Assembly: GCA_017397125.1 (NCBI GenBank) | Contig: JAFQKB010000047.1 | Coordinates: 36,732-100,731 of the forward strand | Origin: Clostridia bacterium | GTDB taxonomy: Bacteria > Bacillota > Clostridia > Oscillospirales > Acutalibacteraceae | DNA: 64,000 bases | Direction of reading: 5' to 3' | Shown: positions 35,939 to 47,202 of the stretch, in pieces | Numbering within the stretch: the first letter of the stretch is position 1 | How the letters are laid out: every line of letters starts with the position of its first letter | Made by a program: the position numbers and the translations under genes | Notes under the pieces: model-generated | What the model saw: the letters and a program-made list of their open reading frames with translations, nothing else | What the model was told of the DNA's origin: nothing | Database searches by the model: none

Positions 35939-36673
35939 TCAGTCGACAGCCACAGGCGCCGTCGGCTGACCCGCTGGGCGATAGAACGCCTTTTTACGCC
36001 CAAAGGTAAAGGGGTACACCACCGCACACAAGGCCAGCGCCACAAACACGTCGATGATCGAGTGCTGCTTGATCATCACCGTAGACATACAAATGGTGAT
36101 GATAGACACCCACATAACGATGCGTCCCCAGACCGTGGCAAACCGGCGGCACTGGAGACCGGCGATGCCGGCGCCCACCGCACCAAGAACGTGGATAGAC
36201 GGGCAGACGTTCTCATTGCTGTCTGTAGCGTATAGGGTACCGATGATGCGGGTGAGGATGTTATCGCGGGGAAAGATCTCCGGCCGCAGTTCCTGACTGG
36301 AGGGGTAGATCAGATAGATCAATAGAGTTACGCTGTAGGTGATGATGATGAAATACATATAGCGGTAGTACACCTCAAAATTAAAGAGGGCAGTATAGGC
36401 TACCATACCCACCAAAATGACAAACCACCAATAGTACGGGATCACAAACCACTCGCAGAAAGGAATCCAATCGTCCACCACGCAGTAGATGGGATGAAAA
36501 TCCAGCGGCAGAATAAGCTCAAAGGTATAAAACCCTATCCCGTACAAGGGCCAGAACAACAGCAGCAGCAGGTGGCGGTATGTATCAGAGCCGAGATTGC
36601 CCGGCCGAACCCCCAATAGAAAACGAAACGCATCCCCAAAGGAGCGATGGTTATCATCAAAAACTTTGTTCAT
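35939..36673 (-). CDS. PAP2-superfamily integral membrane phosphatase/transferase
   Basis: Multi-TM protein with CPSIH and HSIIDV motifs. Confidence 0.6.
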   Translation of the reverse strand: MNKVFDDNHRSFGDAFRFLLGVRPGNLGSDTYRHLLLLLFWPLYGIGFYTFELILPLDFHPIYCVVDDWIPFCEWFVIPYYWWFVILVGMVAYTALFNFEVYYRYMYFIIITYSVTLLIYLIYPSSQELRPEIFPRDNILTRIIGTLYATDSNENVCPSIHVLGAVGAGIAGLQCRRFATVWGRIVMWVSIITICMSTVMIKQHSIIDVFVALALCAVVYPFTFGRKKAFYRPAGQPTAPVAVD

Positions 36674-37152
36674 ACTTCCTCCATTGCACCATTACGGTCA
36701 CGTAGTTGACGAAAAAACTGTTTGAGCACGCCCCGGCACTCATCCTCCAGCACACCGGTTATAACCGTGGGCCGATGATTGTAGGGCAGTGCAAACAGAT
36801 CGACCACCGAGCCGCAGGACCCGGCCTTGGGGTTTAATGTACCCTGTACCACCCGCTCAATGCGGGAATTGATGATAGCACCGGCACACATAGGGCAAGG
36901 CTCCAGGGTGACATACAGCGTGCATCCTACCAGCTGCCAGCCGCCCAGTGTGCGGCAAGCCTCGTTAATGGCCTCTATTTCGGCGTGAGCCAGGGCGTTG
37001 CCCGCCTGCTCGCGGCGGTTGCGGCCGGTGCCGACGACACGACCGTCCCGCACCACCACAGCACCTACGGGTACCTCACCCTCGGCCGCCGCCAGGCGTG
37101 CCAGCTCCAGCGCCTGCTGCATATACAGCGTATCAGACGTCATGGTATCCAT
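36670..37152 (-). CDS. tadA: tRNA adenosine(34) deaminase
   Basis: HAEIEAI and PCPMCAGAI zinc motifs. The start is at the TGATG overlap with the upstream gene. Confidence 0.9.
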   Translation of the reverse strand: MDTMTSDTLYMQQALELARLAAAEGEVPVGAVVVRDGRVVGTGRNRREQAGNALAHAEIEAINEACRTLGGWQLVGCTLYVTLEPCPMCAGAIINSRIERVVQGTLNPKAGSCGSVVDLFALPYNHRPTVITGVLEDECRGVLKQFFRQLRDRNGAMEEV

Positions 37153-38183
37153 CACGCAAACATCCCCCATATCAGCAGACCAATAAAAATGATCACCGCA
37201 ATCAAGAAGGCCGGTGCCGACAACAGGGCACCCGTGCGCTGGCCGGATGTCAGCACAGTCTCTTTGTTCTTCGGCTGAAGTTTGCGGTAATAGCAGGCCA
37301 ACAGTATACAAAAGGCCACAATGCCCAATGCTGCCAGGCCATAGATGGCCGCCGTATAGAACACTGCCTGTCCGGTCGCGGACAAGTCAAAACCGAGGAA
37401 CTCCATGCACACCGACAGAGCATTGTTGGTGAAATGGATCAGGATGGGAACCCAGATATTATCGGTGGCGACGTATAGCCAGCCGAGTACGATACCCACG
37501 ATCAACGCAAAAGGAACCTGCTCGATGTTTCCGTGCATCAGGCCGAACAAGAAAGCCGATACCAGCACCGCAAACATATCGCCATAGGGACGCAGAGTGC
37601 GCAGCACAAACCCGCGGAACACCATCTCCTCCAACAGAGCGGGCAGCACCGCCAGCACAAAAATATTCATGCCCAGGCTTGTCCCGGTCGGCTCTAAAAA
37701 TTGGGGGAACTCCGGCACGGGCAAGCCCCACTCATAGAGAATACTGGTGAATATGTTGGTCACAATGTTGGCGACCATGCACAGACCCACAGCCGCCAGC
37801 ACAGCCAAAAAGAGTATGCCTCCGGCAACCGGCTTGGCCGGAGCAAAAGGATTGCGCATCCGTCTGCAGAGCGCAGAAGCCACCAGCGCCGGCACACCCA
37901 TCGAGAGTGCGTATACCACGGAATACACCAGCAAAAATTTGGTATTACCCAGTCCCAGATCGTCCTGCATCAGGCCCTCCGGGGGCAGCACCCCCAGCGA
38001 GACAAGCAGCAGAGCCACAGCAGTAAAGGTGAACTGCATGGTCAGGACCAACAACAGCATCATAAAGCCCAGGTAGTTACCGTCGGAGCGAAGCTGTTTC
38101 TTTTTCTGCTGCTCCGGGGACGGAGCAGGGGGTGCAGGAGGATAGTAAGGATAGGGATAGTTGTTTTGAGGTTGCGTATACAT
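37152..38183 (-). CDS. CPBP family intramembrane glutamic endopeptidase (CAAX protease-like)
   Basis: EEMVFRG, FGLMHG and HFTNN motifs. The N-terminus is Pro/Tyr-rich. Confidence 0.8.
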   Translation of the reverse strand: MYTQPQNNYPYPYYPPAPPAPSPEQQKKKQLRSDGNYLGFMMLLLVLTMQFTFTAVALLLVSLGVLPPEGLMQDDLGLGNTKFLLVYSVVYALSMGVPALVASALCRRMRNPFAPAKPVAGGILFLAVLAAVGLCMVANIVTNIFTSILYEWGLPVPEFPQFLEPTGTSLGMNIFVLAVLPALLEEMVFRGFVLRTLRPYGDMFAVLVSAFLFGLMHGNIEQVPFALIVGIVLGWLYVATDNIWVPILIHFTNNALSVCMEFLGFDLSATGQAVFYTAAIYGLAALGIVAFCILLACYYRKLQPKNKETVLTSGQRTGALLSAPAFLIAVIIFIGLLIWGMFA

Positions 38184-38277
38184 ACGGAGCAGTCTCCTTT
38201 TTTTGTCGCATAGTATTGTGTAACAAGTTTAACACATTTTACTGAAAATGTACAGTTAATATTTTGTTAAATTCCCA

Positions 38278-38306
38278 TTGCACTTCCAGAAGGATTGTGT
38301 TATGAT
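38278..38306 (+). promoter_or_regulatory. Sigma-A promoter candidate for murI
   Basis: TTGCAC, 17 nt, TATGAT, with TG upstream of the -10. Confidence 0.45.
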
Positions 38307-38346
38307 ATTCTATTAGTGAATGAAACAGTTGACGGAGGTGTTTGGT

Positions 38347-39159
38347 ATGGACTCTCGTCCCATCGGCGTATTCGATTCCGGTCTCGGCGGTCTGTCCGCC
38401 GTGCGGCATCTGCGAGACCTGCTGCCCGGCGAAAACATCATCTATTTCGGCGATACCGGCCGCGTGCCCTATGGTACCCGCAGCCGGGACACCATTCGCC
38501 GCTATGCCGCGGAGGACTGTCGGCTGCTGCTGGAGCGGGACGTCAAGTACATCATCGCCGCCTGCGGCACGGTGAGCTCTGTGGCCCCCGATCTGCTGGC
38601 AGCTCTGCCGGTGCCTGCCATCGGGGTGGTTGAGTCTACGGCAAAGGCGGCTGCAGCCGCCACCGTCAATGGTCGGATCGGCATCCTGGGCACCGCCGCC
38701 ACCATCCGCTCGGCTTCCTTCGAAAAGGCGCTGCTGGCCATCGACCCAAACTATCGCATCACCGCCACCCCCTGTCCCCTGTTTGTGCCCCTGGTAGAAA
38801 ACGGCTGGATCGACGTAGACGATCCGGTGGCTGTACCCATGGTACACCGCTATCTCACCGCCGTCAAGGCCGCCGGCGTGGACACCATCATCCTGGGCTG
38901 CACCCACTTTCCCCTGCTGGCGCCCATCATACGGCGGGAGATGGGCGACGGCGTGACGCTCATCGACAGCGGCTGCGAGACTGCGACCCTTTGCGCCGAG
39001 CAGCTGCGAAACAGCGGACGCCTGGCAGATCGCGACCGGGGTGAGACCCGTTTTTACGTATCCGACCAGCCCGAGGGCTTCAGCCAGGTGGCCGAGATAT
39101 TCCTGGGCCACTCCGTAGAGCAGGCTGTGGAGATGGTACAGCCCGAACAGAAAGGATAA
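38347..39159 (+). CDS. murI: Glutamate racemase
   Basis: IGVFDSGLGGLS and GCTHFP motifs. The start follows GACGGAGG. Confidence 0.92.
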   Translation: MDSRPIGVFDSGLGGLSAVRHLRDLLPGENIIYFGDTGRVPYGTRSRDTIRRYAAEDCRLLLERDVKYIIAACGTVSSVAPDLLAALPVPAIGVVESTAKAAAAATVNGRIGILGTAATIRSASFEKALLAIDPNYRITATPCPLFVPLVENGWIDVDDPVAVPMVHRYLTAVKAAGVDTIILGCTHFPLLAPIIRREMGDGVTLIDSGCETATLCAEQLRNSGRLADRDRGETRFYVSDQPEGFSQVAEIFLGHSVEQAVEMVQPEQKG

Positions 39160-39161
39160 CT

Positions 39162-39578
39162 ATGAAAGCATTGATTATAATCACCGGCACACAGACCGCC
39201 GACGGCGAGCAGGACGTGATCGAACTGACCACCAACGGCACCCTACAGCGCAAAGAGAGTGGCTGGCTGCTGACCTATAACGAGACGGAGGCCACCGGTA
39301 TGGAGGGCACCGTCACCACCCTGGATATCACGCCGGGCAAGCTCAATCTGATGCGCTCCGGCTCTCATCCCAGTATGCTGATCCTGGAGAAAAACCGCCG
39401 CCACCACTGCAATTACCACACCCCCTACGGCACCATTGATCTGGGCACCTATACGTCCGAGCTCACCTACGATCTCGGCGACACAGGCGGAGAGGTGGAA
39501 TTCAGCTACACGCTAGGCTTTAACGGCGGGGTCAGCTCCGCTCATACCGTACACATCACCGTGCAGGAGGAAAAATAA
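39162..39578 (+). CDS. DUF1934 (YwiB-like) beta-barrel protein
   Basis: 138 aa, immediately upstream of argS as in many Firmicutes. Confidence 0.65.
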   Translation: MKALIIITGTQTADGEQDVIELTTNGTLQRKESGWLLTYNETEATGMEGTVTTLDITPGKLNLMRSGSHPSMLILEKNRRHHCNYHTPYGTIDLGTYTSELTYDLGDTGGEVEFSYTLGFNGGVSSAHTVHITVQEEK

Positions 39579-39579
39579 T

Positions 39580-41319
39580 ATGTCCAGCATTGTTAAAAAC
39601 ACAGAACTGCAACTGAATAATGCCATCCGGGCCGCCGCCCAGGCCGCTATTGCCGCCGGCGAGCTGCCCCAGGGCGATCTGCCTGCCTTTGTCATCGAGG
39701 TGCCGGGCGACCGCAAAAACGGCGACCTGGCCACCAACGTGGCCATGGTATCCGCCAAGGCGTTCCGCAGCGCACCCCGCAAGATCGCGGAGAGCATCGT
39801 TGCCCACCTGGATCTGGAGGGCACCTATTTTGAGCGTGTGGAGATCGCCGGCCCCGGCTTTCTCAACTTTTTCCTCTCCCCTGCCTATTACGGCGACATC
39901 GTGGCCGAGGCGGTGAGCAAGGGTGCCGACTTCGGCCGCTCCGATTATGGCGCCGGTAAAAAGATCATGGTGGAGTATGTCTCCGCCAACCCCACCGGCC
40001 CTATGCATATGGGCAACGCCCGCGGCGGCGCCCTGGGCGACTGCCTGGCCTCGGTGCTGGACGCCGCCGGCTATGAGGTATGGCGGGAGTTCTACATCAA
40101 CGACGCCGGCAACCAGATCGAAAAGTTCGGTCTGTCCCTGGATATCCGCTATCAGCAACACCTGCTGGGCGAGGAGGCCGTGGAGCTGCCCGAGGACGCC
40201 TATCACGGTGACGACATCAAAGAGCACGCCGCCGCCTTTGCCGCATTGCACGGCGACAAGTATCTGCAGGTGGACACCGACCAGCGCAGAAAGGCGCTCA
40301 TCGAGTACGCCCTGCCGCTGAACATCGAGAAAATGAAGGCGGATATGGCCAAGTACCGCATCGTCTACGATCGCTGGTTCACCGAGTCCACCCTGCACAA
40401 CAACGGCGAACTCAAGGAGATAATCAATATCCTCACCGAAAAGGGGCTGACCTACGAAAAGGATGGTGCCCTGTGGTATAAAGCCGGCGAGTACGGCGAA
40501 AAGTATCAGCCCAAAAAGCACCTCAACCGGGATGGCGAAGAGGAAGGCATCAAGGACGAGGTGCTGGTGCGCGCCAACGGAAACCCCACCTATTTTGCCG
40601 CAGATATTGCCTATCACCGCAACAAATTCCTGCGGGGCTTTGACACCCTCATCGACGTGTGGGGTGCCGATCACCACGGTCACGTGGCCCGTATGAAGGG
40701 CGCCATGGACGCCGTGGGTATGGACGGCAACAATCTGAACGTGGTGCTGATGCAGCTGGTGCGCCTGGTGCGGGACGGCGAGATCGTCCGTATGTCCAAG
40801 CGCTCCGGCAAGGCCATCCAGCTCAGCGATCTGCTAGACGAGGTGCCGGTGGATGCCGCCCGCTTCTTCTTCAACCAGCGGGAGGCCAACACCCAGATGG
40901 AGTTTGACCTGGGTCTGGCCATCGAGCAATCATCCTCCAACCCGGTGTACTACGTGCAGTACGCCCACGCCCGCATCCACTCCATCTTCCGTAAGATGAA
41001 AGAGACCGGTGTGGAGATCACCGCCGCAACAGGGGAGCAGCTGGCTCTGCTGACCGCACCCGAGGAGCGGGAGCTGATCCGCCATCTCTCCTCTATGGAG
41101 AAGGTGGTCGTGGAGTGTGCCCGCAGCTACGACCCCTCCGGCATCACCCGGTTTGCTCTGGAGCTGGCCACACTGTTCCACAAGTTCTACAATAGCTGCC
41201 ACGTATCCGGCGTAGAGGCCGATCTGATGATGGCCCGTCTGGCGCTGTGCGACGCGGTGCGCATCGGTCTGCACAACGCGCTGACAATGATGAAGATTGA
41301 GGCTCCCGAAGCCATGTAA
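39580..41319 (+). CDS. argS: Arginine--tRNA ligase
   Basis: 579 aa. It has an ANPTGPMHMGNARG HIGH-region equivalent and a C-terminal DALR anticodon-binding domain. Confidence 0.93.
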   Translation: MSSIVKNTELQLNNAIRAAAQAAIAAGELPQGDLPAFVIEVPGDRKNGDLATNVAMVSAKAFRSAPRKIAESIVAHLDLEGTYFERVEIAGPGFLNFFLSPAYYGDIVAEAVSKGADFGRSDYGAGKKIMVEYVSANPTGPMHMGNARGGALGDCLASVLDAAGYEVWREFYINDAGNQIEKFGLSLDIRYQQHLLGEEAVELPEDAYHGDDIKEHAAAFAALHGDKYLQVDTDQRRKALIEYALPLNIEKMKADMAKYRIVYDRWFTESTLHNNGELKEIINILTEKGLTYEKDGALWYKAGEYGEKYQPKKHLNRDGEEEGIKDEVLVRANGNPTYFAADIAYHRNKFLRGFDTLIDVWGADHHGHVARMKGAMDAVGMDGNNLNVVLMQLVRLVRDGEIVRMSKRSGKAIQLSDLLDEVPVDAARFFFNQREANTQMEFDLGLAIEQSSSNPVYYVQYAHARIHSIFRKMKETGVEITAATGEQLALLTAPEERELIRHLSSMEKVVVECARSYDPSGITRFALELATLFHKFYNSCHVSGVEADLMMARLALCDAVRIGLHNALTMMKIEAPEAM

Positions 41320-41361
41320 AGCGTTTGAGCTTTACAGTTTACAAGCCGTGATATTTCAGGG

Positions 41362-41395
41362 AAAAGGCACGATACCGGTCGGTATCGTGCCTTTT
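41362..41395. terminator. Bidirectional rho-independent terminator
   Basis: AAAAGGCACGATACCG..CGGTATCGTGCCTTTT, between convergent argS and the GNAT gene. Confidence 0.75.
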
Positions 41396-42167
41396 ATTGT
41401 ACAATATTCATTTCATCCACAAAGTCTTTGGGTTTAACCGTCATCTCTACCCAAGCAGGTGAAAATCCGCTGCGAATGGCGTTCCTCGCTGACTTGACAT
41501 TACACCAGGCGCAACAGTAAAAGGGAACCTTTCCCCTATCCAGTATTTCCAGTGCCAGTCGGGATGTGAGGGCCGCCGCAATGCCTTGGCGGCGATATTC
41601 CGGCAGAACGTCCACGCCGATCTGCCACATCGTTTCACAGTCCGCAGAGCAACCTGCCAGGCCAACCAACCGATCGCCATCATACGCTCCTATTGCCAGC
41701 ACGTCCAGATGCTTGCGCTTTTCATATAAAGCGTTGGACCATTGAGGAGCATAGAGAAGGGCGAAATCACTTGGTAGAAGGAGCTTGAGTTCATAGTGGC
41801 AAGGCTGTGGATGAAGTCTGTCCAAATCCGGTAGAAAAAACTCTGCCATATAACAAATACTCAGTCCATATACAGATAATTCCTGCTCTAGCACATGAAG
41901 ATGGGGCGTTTCCATTAAGTGCTCCATGGCATAAGATTGAATATAATTCGATACAACTTCGCAATAGGCGGGGCTGACCGACGCAACTACATTACTTCCG
42001 TAACTGACCAAATTGCAAGCAAAAGGTAGTTTGAGATATTTACGAGCGGAGACATTTTCTCTTGATACAACGATTACGTTTTTGTCCTTTTGAAAGTCCT
42101 CTGCATTGCAGTTCATATCCACCGCGGATTGCTCCATAGCGATCCGCAAAATATCCCGGTTATTCAT
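41394..42167 (-). CDS. GNAT family N-acetyltransferase (lower GC than its neighbours)
   Basis: The C-terminal motif is VDVLPEYRRQGIAAALTS. One 60-nt sample gave about 47% GC. Confidence 0.65.
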   Translation of the reverse strand: MNNRDILRIAMEQSAVDMNCNAEDFQKDKNVIVVSRENVSARKYLKLPFACNLVSYGSNVVASVSPAYCEVVSNYIQSYAMEHLMETPHLHVLEQELSVYGLSICYMAEFFLPDLDRLHPQPCHYELKLLLPSDFALLYAPQWSNALYEKRKHLDVLAIGAYDGDRLVGLAGCSADCETMWQIGVDVLPEYRRQGIAAALTSRLALEILDRGKVPFYCCAWCNVKSARNAIRSGFSPAWVEMTVKPKDFVDEMNIVQ

Positions 42168-42759
42168 CGCTGTCGTCCTCTTCGGTCACCTCAACAAGGA
42201 TCTCCCGCAGGGTGTCTGCGCCCTCGCCGTTGGTGGCGGAGAAGGGGATCACCGTGATGCCCTCCAGGTCGGCCAATTCCTCCTCAAAGGCCGCCAGACG
42301 CTTGGCACGCTCGGTTTTGTTGAGCTTATCCGCCTTGGTGAGCACCACAACAAAGGGAATACCCCGCTCCACCATATAGTCCAGCATCTGCCGGTCGTCC
42401 TGGCTGGGGGCGTGGCGGATATCCAGCAGCTGCAGCACCAGTCGCAGATCCCGTTCCGCGTCAAAATAGCCCTCAATCAGCTCCGACCAGCGGCGGCGCT
42501 CCTTGTCCGCCACCTTGGCATAGCCATAGCCGGGCAGATCCACCATCCGCATCGTATCCAGGCGGTAGAAATTGATGGTGGCGGTCTTACCGGGGGTGGC
42601 GCTGGTGCGGGCCAGCGCCTTGCGGTTGAGCAGCCGGTTGATCAGAGAAGATTTTCCCACGTTGGAGCGGCCGGAAAAGGCCACCTCGGGCAAAACCGAC
42701 GCCGGCAGCTGGGAGGAAACGCCGGCAGCCATCTCGAATTGAGCCGAATGAAGATTCAT
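42160..42759 (-). CDS. engB: Ribosome biogenesis GTP-binding protein YsxC/EngB
   Basis: GRSNVGKSSLIN (G1), DLPGYG and TKADK motifs. The start was chosen after GGGAGGGAG. Confidence 0.9.
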   Translation of the reverse strand: MNLHSAQFEMAAGVSSQLPASVLPEVAFSGRSNVGKSSLINRLLNRKALARTSATPGKTATINFYRLDTMRMVDLPGYGYAKVADKERRRWSELIEGYFDAERDLRLVLQLLDIRHAPSQDDRQMLDYMVERGIPFVVVLTKADKLNKTERAKRLAAFEEELADLEGITVIPFSATNGEGADTLREILVEVTEEDDSDE

Positions 42760-42776
42760 ACCTGCTCCCTCCCCCA

Positions 42777-45119
42777 TTATCGGGCCGCTGCCGGGTCCGC
42801 GGTCAGGGCGTGGCCGATGACCGTATCCAGCTGCTTGGCGGAGATGAAGTGCGTGTGCTCCTTGACCACCGTGTCCACCTCACTCAGGTCGGACCGGTTG
42901 TCCTCGGGGATGATGACGGTGGTCATCCGGTGGGTGTAGGCCGCCATAGCCTTTTCCCGCAGGCCGCCAATGGGCATTACGCGGCCGCGCAGAGAGATCT
43001 CACCGGTCATGGCCACGTCGCTGCGTACCGGGATACCGGTCAGCGCGGACACAATGGCGGTGGCCATGGTCACACCCGCCGAGGGACCGTCCTTGGGTAC
43101 GGCACCCTCCGGCACGTGGATATGTATGTCTTTATTCTTATAGAAATCCCGGTCGATGTGCCAGTCGTCCGCCCGGGAGCGCACATAGCTGATGGCGGTA
43201 CGGGCAGACTCCTTCATCACGTCACCTAGGTTGCCGGTCAGCTCCACCTTGCCGGTGCCCTCCAGCACCGCCACCTCAATAGCCATGGTAGCACCGCCCA
43301 CAGCGGTCCAGGCCAGGCCGTTGACCACGCCCACCTCGTCCTGGCGGCGAATGTGGTCGGGCTTGAATTTTTCCGGGCCGAGGTAAGTTTCCAGGTCGCC
43401 GGTGTTCACCGATACGCTGTCGCACTTGCCCTCGACAAGAGCGGCCGCCGTCTTGCGGCACAGGGTGGCCAACTGGCGCTCCAGGGTGCGGACACCCGCC
43501 TCGGCGGTATAGCACTCAATGATCTTCGCCAGGGCGCTGTCGGTCAGCCGCAGCTGTTTAGCCGCCAGGCCGTGCTTTTTCATTTGCTTTTTCAGCAGAT
43601 GCCGCTTAGCGATGCGCTTTTTCTCCTCCGCCGTATAGCTGGACAGGGTGATCACGTCCATACGGTCGTACAGCGGCGCCGGGATAGAAGAAGCGTCGTT
43701 GGCGGTGGTGACGAACATCACCTCGGACAGGTCAAAGGGCAGGTCGATGTAGTGGTCGCGGAAGGCGTTGTTCTGCTCGGTGTCCAGCACCTCCAGCATA
43801 GCGGAGGCCGGGTCACCGCGAAAATCGTTGCCCATCTTATCGATCTCATCCAGCAGCAGCAGCGGGTTTTTGGTGCCGGCCTGCTTGATGGCGGAGATGA
43901 TGCGGCCGGGCATAGCCCCCACATAGGTGCGGCGGTGGCCGCGGATCTCGGACTCATCCCGCACGCCGCCCAGAGAAACCCGCACGTATTTGCGGCCCAT
44001 AGCCTCAGCGATGGAGCGGGCAATGGAGGTCTTTCCCACGCCGGGAGGACCCACCAGACACAGCACCTGGCCCTTCATCTCCTGAGAGAGCTGGCGCACC
44101 GCCAGAGCCTCCACGATGCGCTCCTTGACCTTGTCCAGGCCGTCGTGGTCCCGGTCCAGTATCTTGCGGGCACGCTTCAGGTCCAGGTTGTCCTGGGTGG
44201 CCGTATTCCAGGGCAGGGCCAGGCAGGTATCCAGATAGGTGCGCACCACTGTGGCCTCGTGTGAGCCGGGGGGCATCTTGCCCAGCTTGCGGGATTCCTT
44301 ATGTAATTGGGTGCTGATGGCCTCCGGCAGGCCCAGCTCATTGATGGCTTTAGTGTATTCGCCGGACTCCTCGAGGGGGTCATCCCCCTCGCCCAGCTCC
44401 TCAGAGATGGCACGAATCTGCTCACGCAGATAATATTCCTTTTGGTTTTCGTCCATCTGCTCCTGCACCTTGGCCTCGATCTTCTTTTCCAGCTCCAGGA
44501 TCTGGCATTCCTTGTCCAGGATGCGCAGAAGCGTCTCCATACGGCTGGTGATGGACTGGATGTTGAGGATGCGCTGCTTTTCCTCCAGGGGCATATTGAG
44601 ATTGGACGCCACGTAGTCGGCCAGGTGGCCCGCATCGTCGTCGGACGCCACGGTGTACATCACGTCCGGCGCCAGCTTTGGCACCAGGTCCGTATACCGC
44701 TCAAACTGCTGGCGGCACTCGCGGATAAGGGCATCCTCCAGCAGCGCCGGCGACACAGCACGATCCTGCCGCTCCTGGGTAACCACCACAAAATACGGCT
44801 CGGTCTGCAGGATCTCCACCGCCGTGGCGCGATAGTCGCCCTCCACGATGATGCGAAAGTTATCGTGAGGCAGCTTGACGATCTGCCGCACACGGGCCAC
44901 AACGCCCATGCGATACAATTCGTTGGGCTTGGGATCGTCCTTGGTTACGTCTTTTTGTGCCACCAGGAATATCCGCTGGTCGTTCTCCATGGCTGCATTC
45001 AGCGCCGCCACGGACTTGAGCCGACCCACGTCAAAGTGGACCACCGCATCCGGAAAGCACACCAGACCCCGCAGCACCAGCATAGGCAGGGTGGCTAAAC
45101 GATTCTCTCTAGTAGACAT
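42777..45119 (-). CDS. lon: ATP-dependent Lon protease
   Basis: 780 aa. Walker [10 protein letters not shown] and the protease motif PKDGPSAG. Confidence 0.95.
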   Translation of the reverse strand: MSTRENRLATLPMLVLRGLVCFPDAVVHFDVGRLKSVAALNAAMENDQRIFLVAQKDVTKDDPKPNELYRMGVVARVRQIVKLPHDNFRIIVEGDYRATAVEILQTEPYFVVVTQERQDRAVSPALLEDALIRECRQQFERYTDLVPKLAPDVMYTVASDDDAGHLADYVASNLNMPLEEKQRILNIQSITSRMETLLRILDKECQILELEKKIEAKVQEQMDENQKEYYLREQIRAISEELGEGDDPLEESGEYTKAINELGLPEAISTQLHKESRKLGKMPPGSHEATVVRTYLDTCLALPWNTATQDNLDLKRARKILDRDHDGLDKVKERIVEALAVRQLSQEMKGQVLCLVGPPGVGKTSIARSIAEAMGRKYVRVSLGGVRDESEIRGHRRTYVGAMPGRIISAIKQAGTKNPLLLLDEIDKMGNDFRGDPASAMLEVLDTEQNNAFRDHYIDLPFDLSEVMFVTTANDASSIPAPLYDRMDVITLSSYTAEEKKRIAKRHLLKKQMKKHGLAAKQLRLTDSALAKIIECYTAEAGVRTLERQLATLCRKTAAALVEGKCDSVSVNTGDLETYLGPEKFKPDHIRRQDEVGVVNGLAWTAVGGATMAIEVAVLEGTGKVELTGNLGDVMKESARTAISYVRSRADDWHIDRDFYKNKDIHIHVPEGAVPKDGPSAGVTMATAIVSALTGIPVRSDVAMTGEISLRGRVMPIGGLREKAMAAYTHRMTTVIIPEDNRSDLSEVDTVVKEHTHFISAKQLDTVIGHALTADPAAAR

Positions 45120-45138
45120 TGTAATTCACCTCGATTGG

Positions 45139-45177
45139 ACAAAAATCGGTCGGTCTGTCATCGCACACCGACCGATT
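45139..45177 (-). terminator. Rho-independent terminator after clpX
   Basis: AATCGGTCGGT-12 nt-ACCGACCGATT, followed by a T run on the minus strand. Confidence 0.7.
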
Positions 45178-45184
45178 GATTCAT

Positions 45185-46498
45185 TTATGCGTTGACCGCC
45201 TTGCGTTTTGCGGTCGTTTTGGACTTGGACGCCGGGGTGCGGCGCACCTTTTTGTCCGGGTTGTACACGATATCCGGCTTGACCCCGTCGGTGATGCAGG
45301 CGGCGGTGAGCAGCACCTTCTCCACCGTAGGATCCGACGGAATATCAAACATCAGTTGGGTCAGAAGCCGCTCCATCACGGAGCGCAGACCGCGGGCGCC
45401 GGTCTTTTGCTTGAGAGTCTCCTCCGCCACGGCCCGCAGTGCATCGTCCGTAAAGACAAGCTCCACACCGTCCAGCTGGAACAGCTGGGTGTACTGCTTG
45501 AGAATGGCGTTCTTCGGCTCTGCCAGGATGCGCACCAGGGCGTCCACATCCAGCCCCTCCAGGGTGGTAATGACCGGCATACGACCCACCAGCTCGGGAA
45601 TCAGGCCGTATTTGACCAGATCCTGGGGCACCACCTGCTTGAGCAGCGCCACGTCGTCGTTCTTTTTGGACTTCACCTCATTGCCAAAACCCATGGCTCC
45701 GGTGCTGACACGCTTTTCGATGGTCTTGGTCAGACCGTCGAAGGCGCCGCCCAGGATGAACAGAATGTTGGTGGTGTCGATCTGAATGAACTCCTGCTGG
45801 GGATGCTTGCGTCCGCCGCCGGGCGGTACGTTGGCCACCGTGCCCTCCAGGATCTTCAGTAGCGCCTGCTGCACACCTTCGCCACTAACGTCGCGGGTGA
45901 TGGAGGGGTTTTCGCTGCGGCGGGAGATCTTGTCGATCTCGTCCACATAGATGATGCCGCGCTGGGCCGCCTCTACGTCAAAATCGGCGGCCTGGATCAG
46001 GCGCAGCAGAATATTCTCCACATCCTCGCCCACGTAGCCTGCCTCGGTCAGGGTGGTGGCATCCGCAATGGCAAAGGGCACGTCCAGCGCTTTGGCCAGG
46101 GTCTGTGCCAGAGCGGTCTTGCCCACGCCGGTGGGACCCAGCATCAGCACATTGCTCTTGCCCAGCTCGGCGTCCATACCGGCGCCGTAGTAAATGCGCT
46201 TATAGTGGTTGTACACCGCCACGGAAAGGGTCACCTTTGCGGCGTCCTGGCCGATGACGTACTCATCCAGCCGCGCCTTGATCTCGTGGGGGGTGGGCAG
46301 CTGAGGCGGTGTGGTGTCCTTTTGCGCCGTGCGGTGGGGGATCTGGATCTCGTCCGGATCCAGAATGGTCTGGCACAGCTCCACACACTCATTGCAGATA
46401 AACACGCCGGGGCCGGCAATCAGCTGAAACACCTCTTCCTGGGGCTTGCCGCAAAAAGAACAGCAAGGACCGGAGCGGGTGGTATCATTGGTAGGCAT
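45185..46498 (-). CDS. clpX: ATP-dependent Clp protease ATP-binding subunit ClpX
   Basis: N-terminal zinc finger CSFCGK...CNEC and Walker A GPTGVGKT. Confidence 0.95.
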   Translation of the reverse strand: MPTNDTTRSGPCCSFCGKPQEEVFQLIAGPGVFICNECVELCQTILDPDEIQIPHRTAQKDTTPPQLPTPHEIKARLDEYVIGQDAAKVTLSVAVYNHYKRIYYGAGMDAELGKSNVLMLGPTGVGKTALAQTLAKALDVPFAIADATTLTEAGYVGEDVENILLRLIQAADFDVEAAQRGIIYVDEIDKISRRSENPSITRDVSGEGVQQALLKILEGTVANVPPGGGRKHPQQEFIQIDTTNILFILGGAFDGLTKTIEKRVSTGAMGFGNEVKSKKNDDVALLKQVVPQDLVKYGLIPELVGRMPVITTLEGLDVDALVRILAEPKNAILKQYTQLFQLDGVELVFTDDALRAVAEETLKQKTGARGLRSVMERLLTQLMFDIPSDPTVEKVLLTAACITDGVKPDIVYNPDKKVRRTPASKSKTTAKRKAVNA

Positions 46499-46524
46499 AC
46501 GATTTCACCTCCGTGAGGATAGCA

Positions 46525-47109
46525 TCAGGTGCGCTTTTCTACCACCTTATCCACAATGCCGTAGCGCACTGCGTCGTCGGCGGTCATCCAGTTGTCCCGG
46601 TCGGTATCACGCTCGATCACCTCGATGGGCTGGCCGGTCATCTCGGACAGCATCCGGTTCATCCGGTTGCGCACGTATAGAATGTGGTCCGCCTGGATCT
46701 TGATATCCGAAGCCTGCCCCTTGGCACCGCCCAGTGGCTGGTGGATCATGATCTCGCTGTTGGGCAGAGCCAGGCGCTTGCCCTTGGTGCCGGCCGCCAG
46801 CAAAAAGCTGCCCATGCTGGCCGCCAGCCCCACGCAGATGGTGGATACGTCGCACTTGATATACTGCATGGTATCGTAGATGGCCATACCGGCGGAGATG
46901 GAGCCGCCGGGGCTATTGATATACAGATGGATGTCCTTATCGGGGTCCTGGCCTTCCAGGTACAGAAGCTGGGCCACAACAAGAGAAGCGGTGGTGTCGT
47001 TGACCTCATCGGACAGCATGATGATGCGGTCGTTCAGCAGACGGGAAAAGATGTCATAGCTGCGCTCGCCGCGGCTGGTCTGTTCTACAACATAGGGTAC
47101 AAAACTCAT
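46525..47109 (-). CDS. clpP: ATP-dependent Clp protease proteolytic subunit
   Basis: 194 aa. The GLAASMG (Ser) and IMIHQP (His) active-site motifs are present. Confidence 0.95.
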   Translation of the reverse strand: MSFVPYVVEQTSRGERSYDIFSRLLNDRIIMLSDEVNDTTASLVVAQLLYLEGQDPDKDIHLYINSPGGSISAGMAIYDTMQYIKCDVSTICVGLAASMGSFLLAAGTKGKRLALPNSEIMIHQPLGGAKGQASDIKIQADHILYVRNRMNRMLSEMTGQPIEVIERDTDRDNWMTADDAVRYGIVDKVVEKRT

Positions 47110-47146
47110 AGTGGTCCTCCCTTTCGGTATCGATGGTTATAGGGCG

Positions 47147-47178
47147 AAATTCCCTGCCCACACAGTATGGGCAGGGAA
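47147..47178 (-). terminator. Hairpin after tig
   Basis: TTCCCTGCCCA-CACAGTA-TGGGCAGGGAA. The T tract is short. Confidence 0.55.
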
Positions 47179-47202
47179 ATCACAGGTTAATCAACGTATG
47201 CC

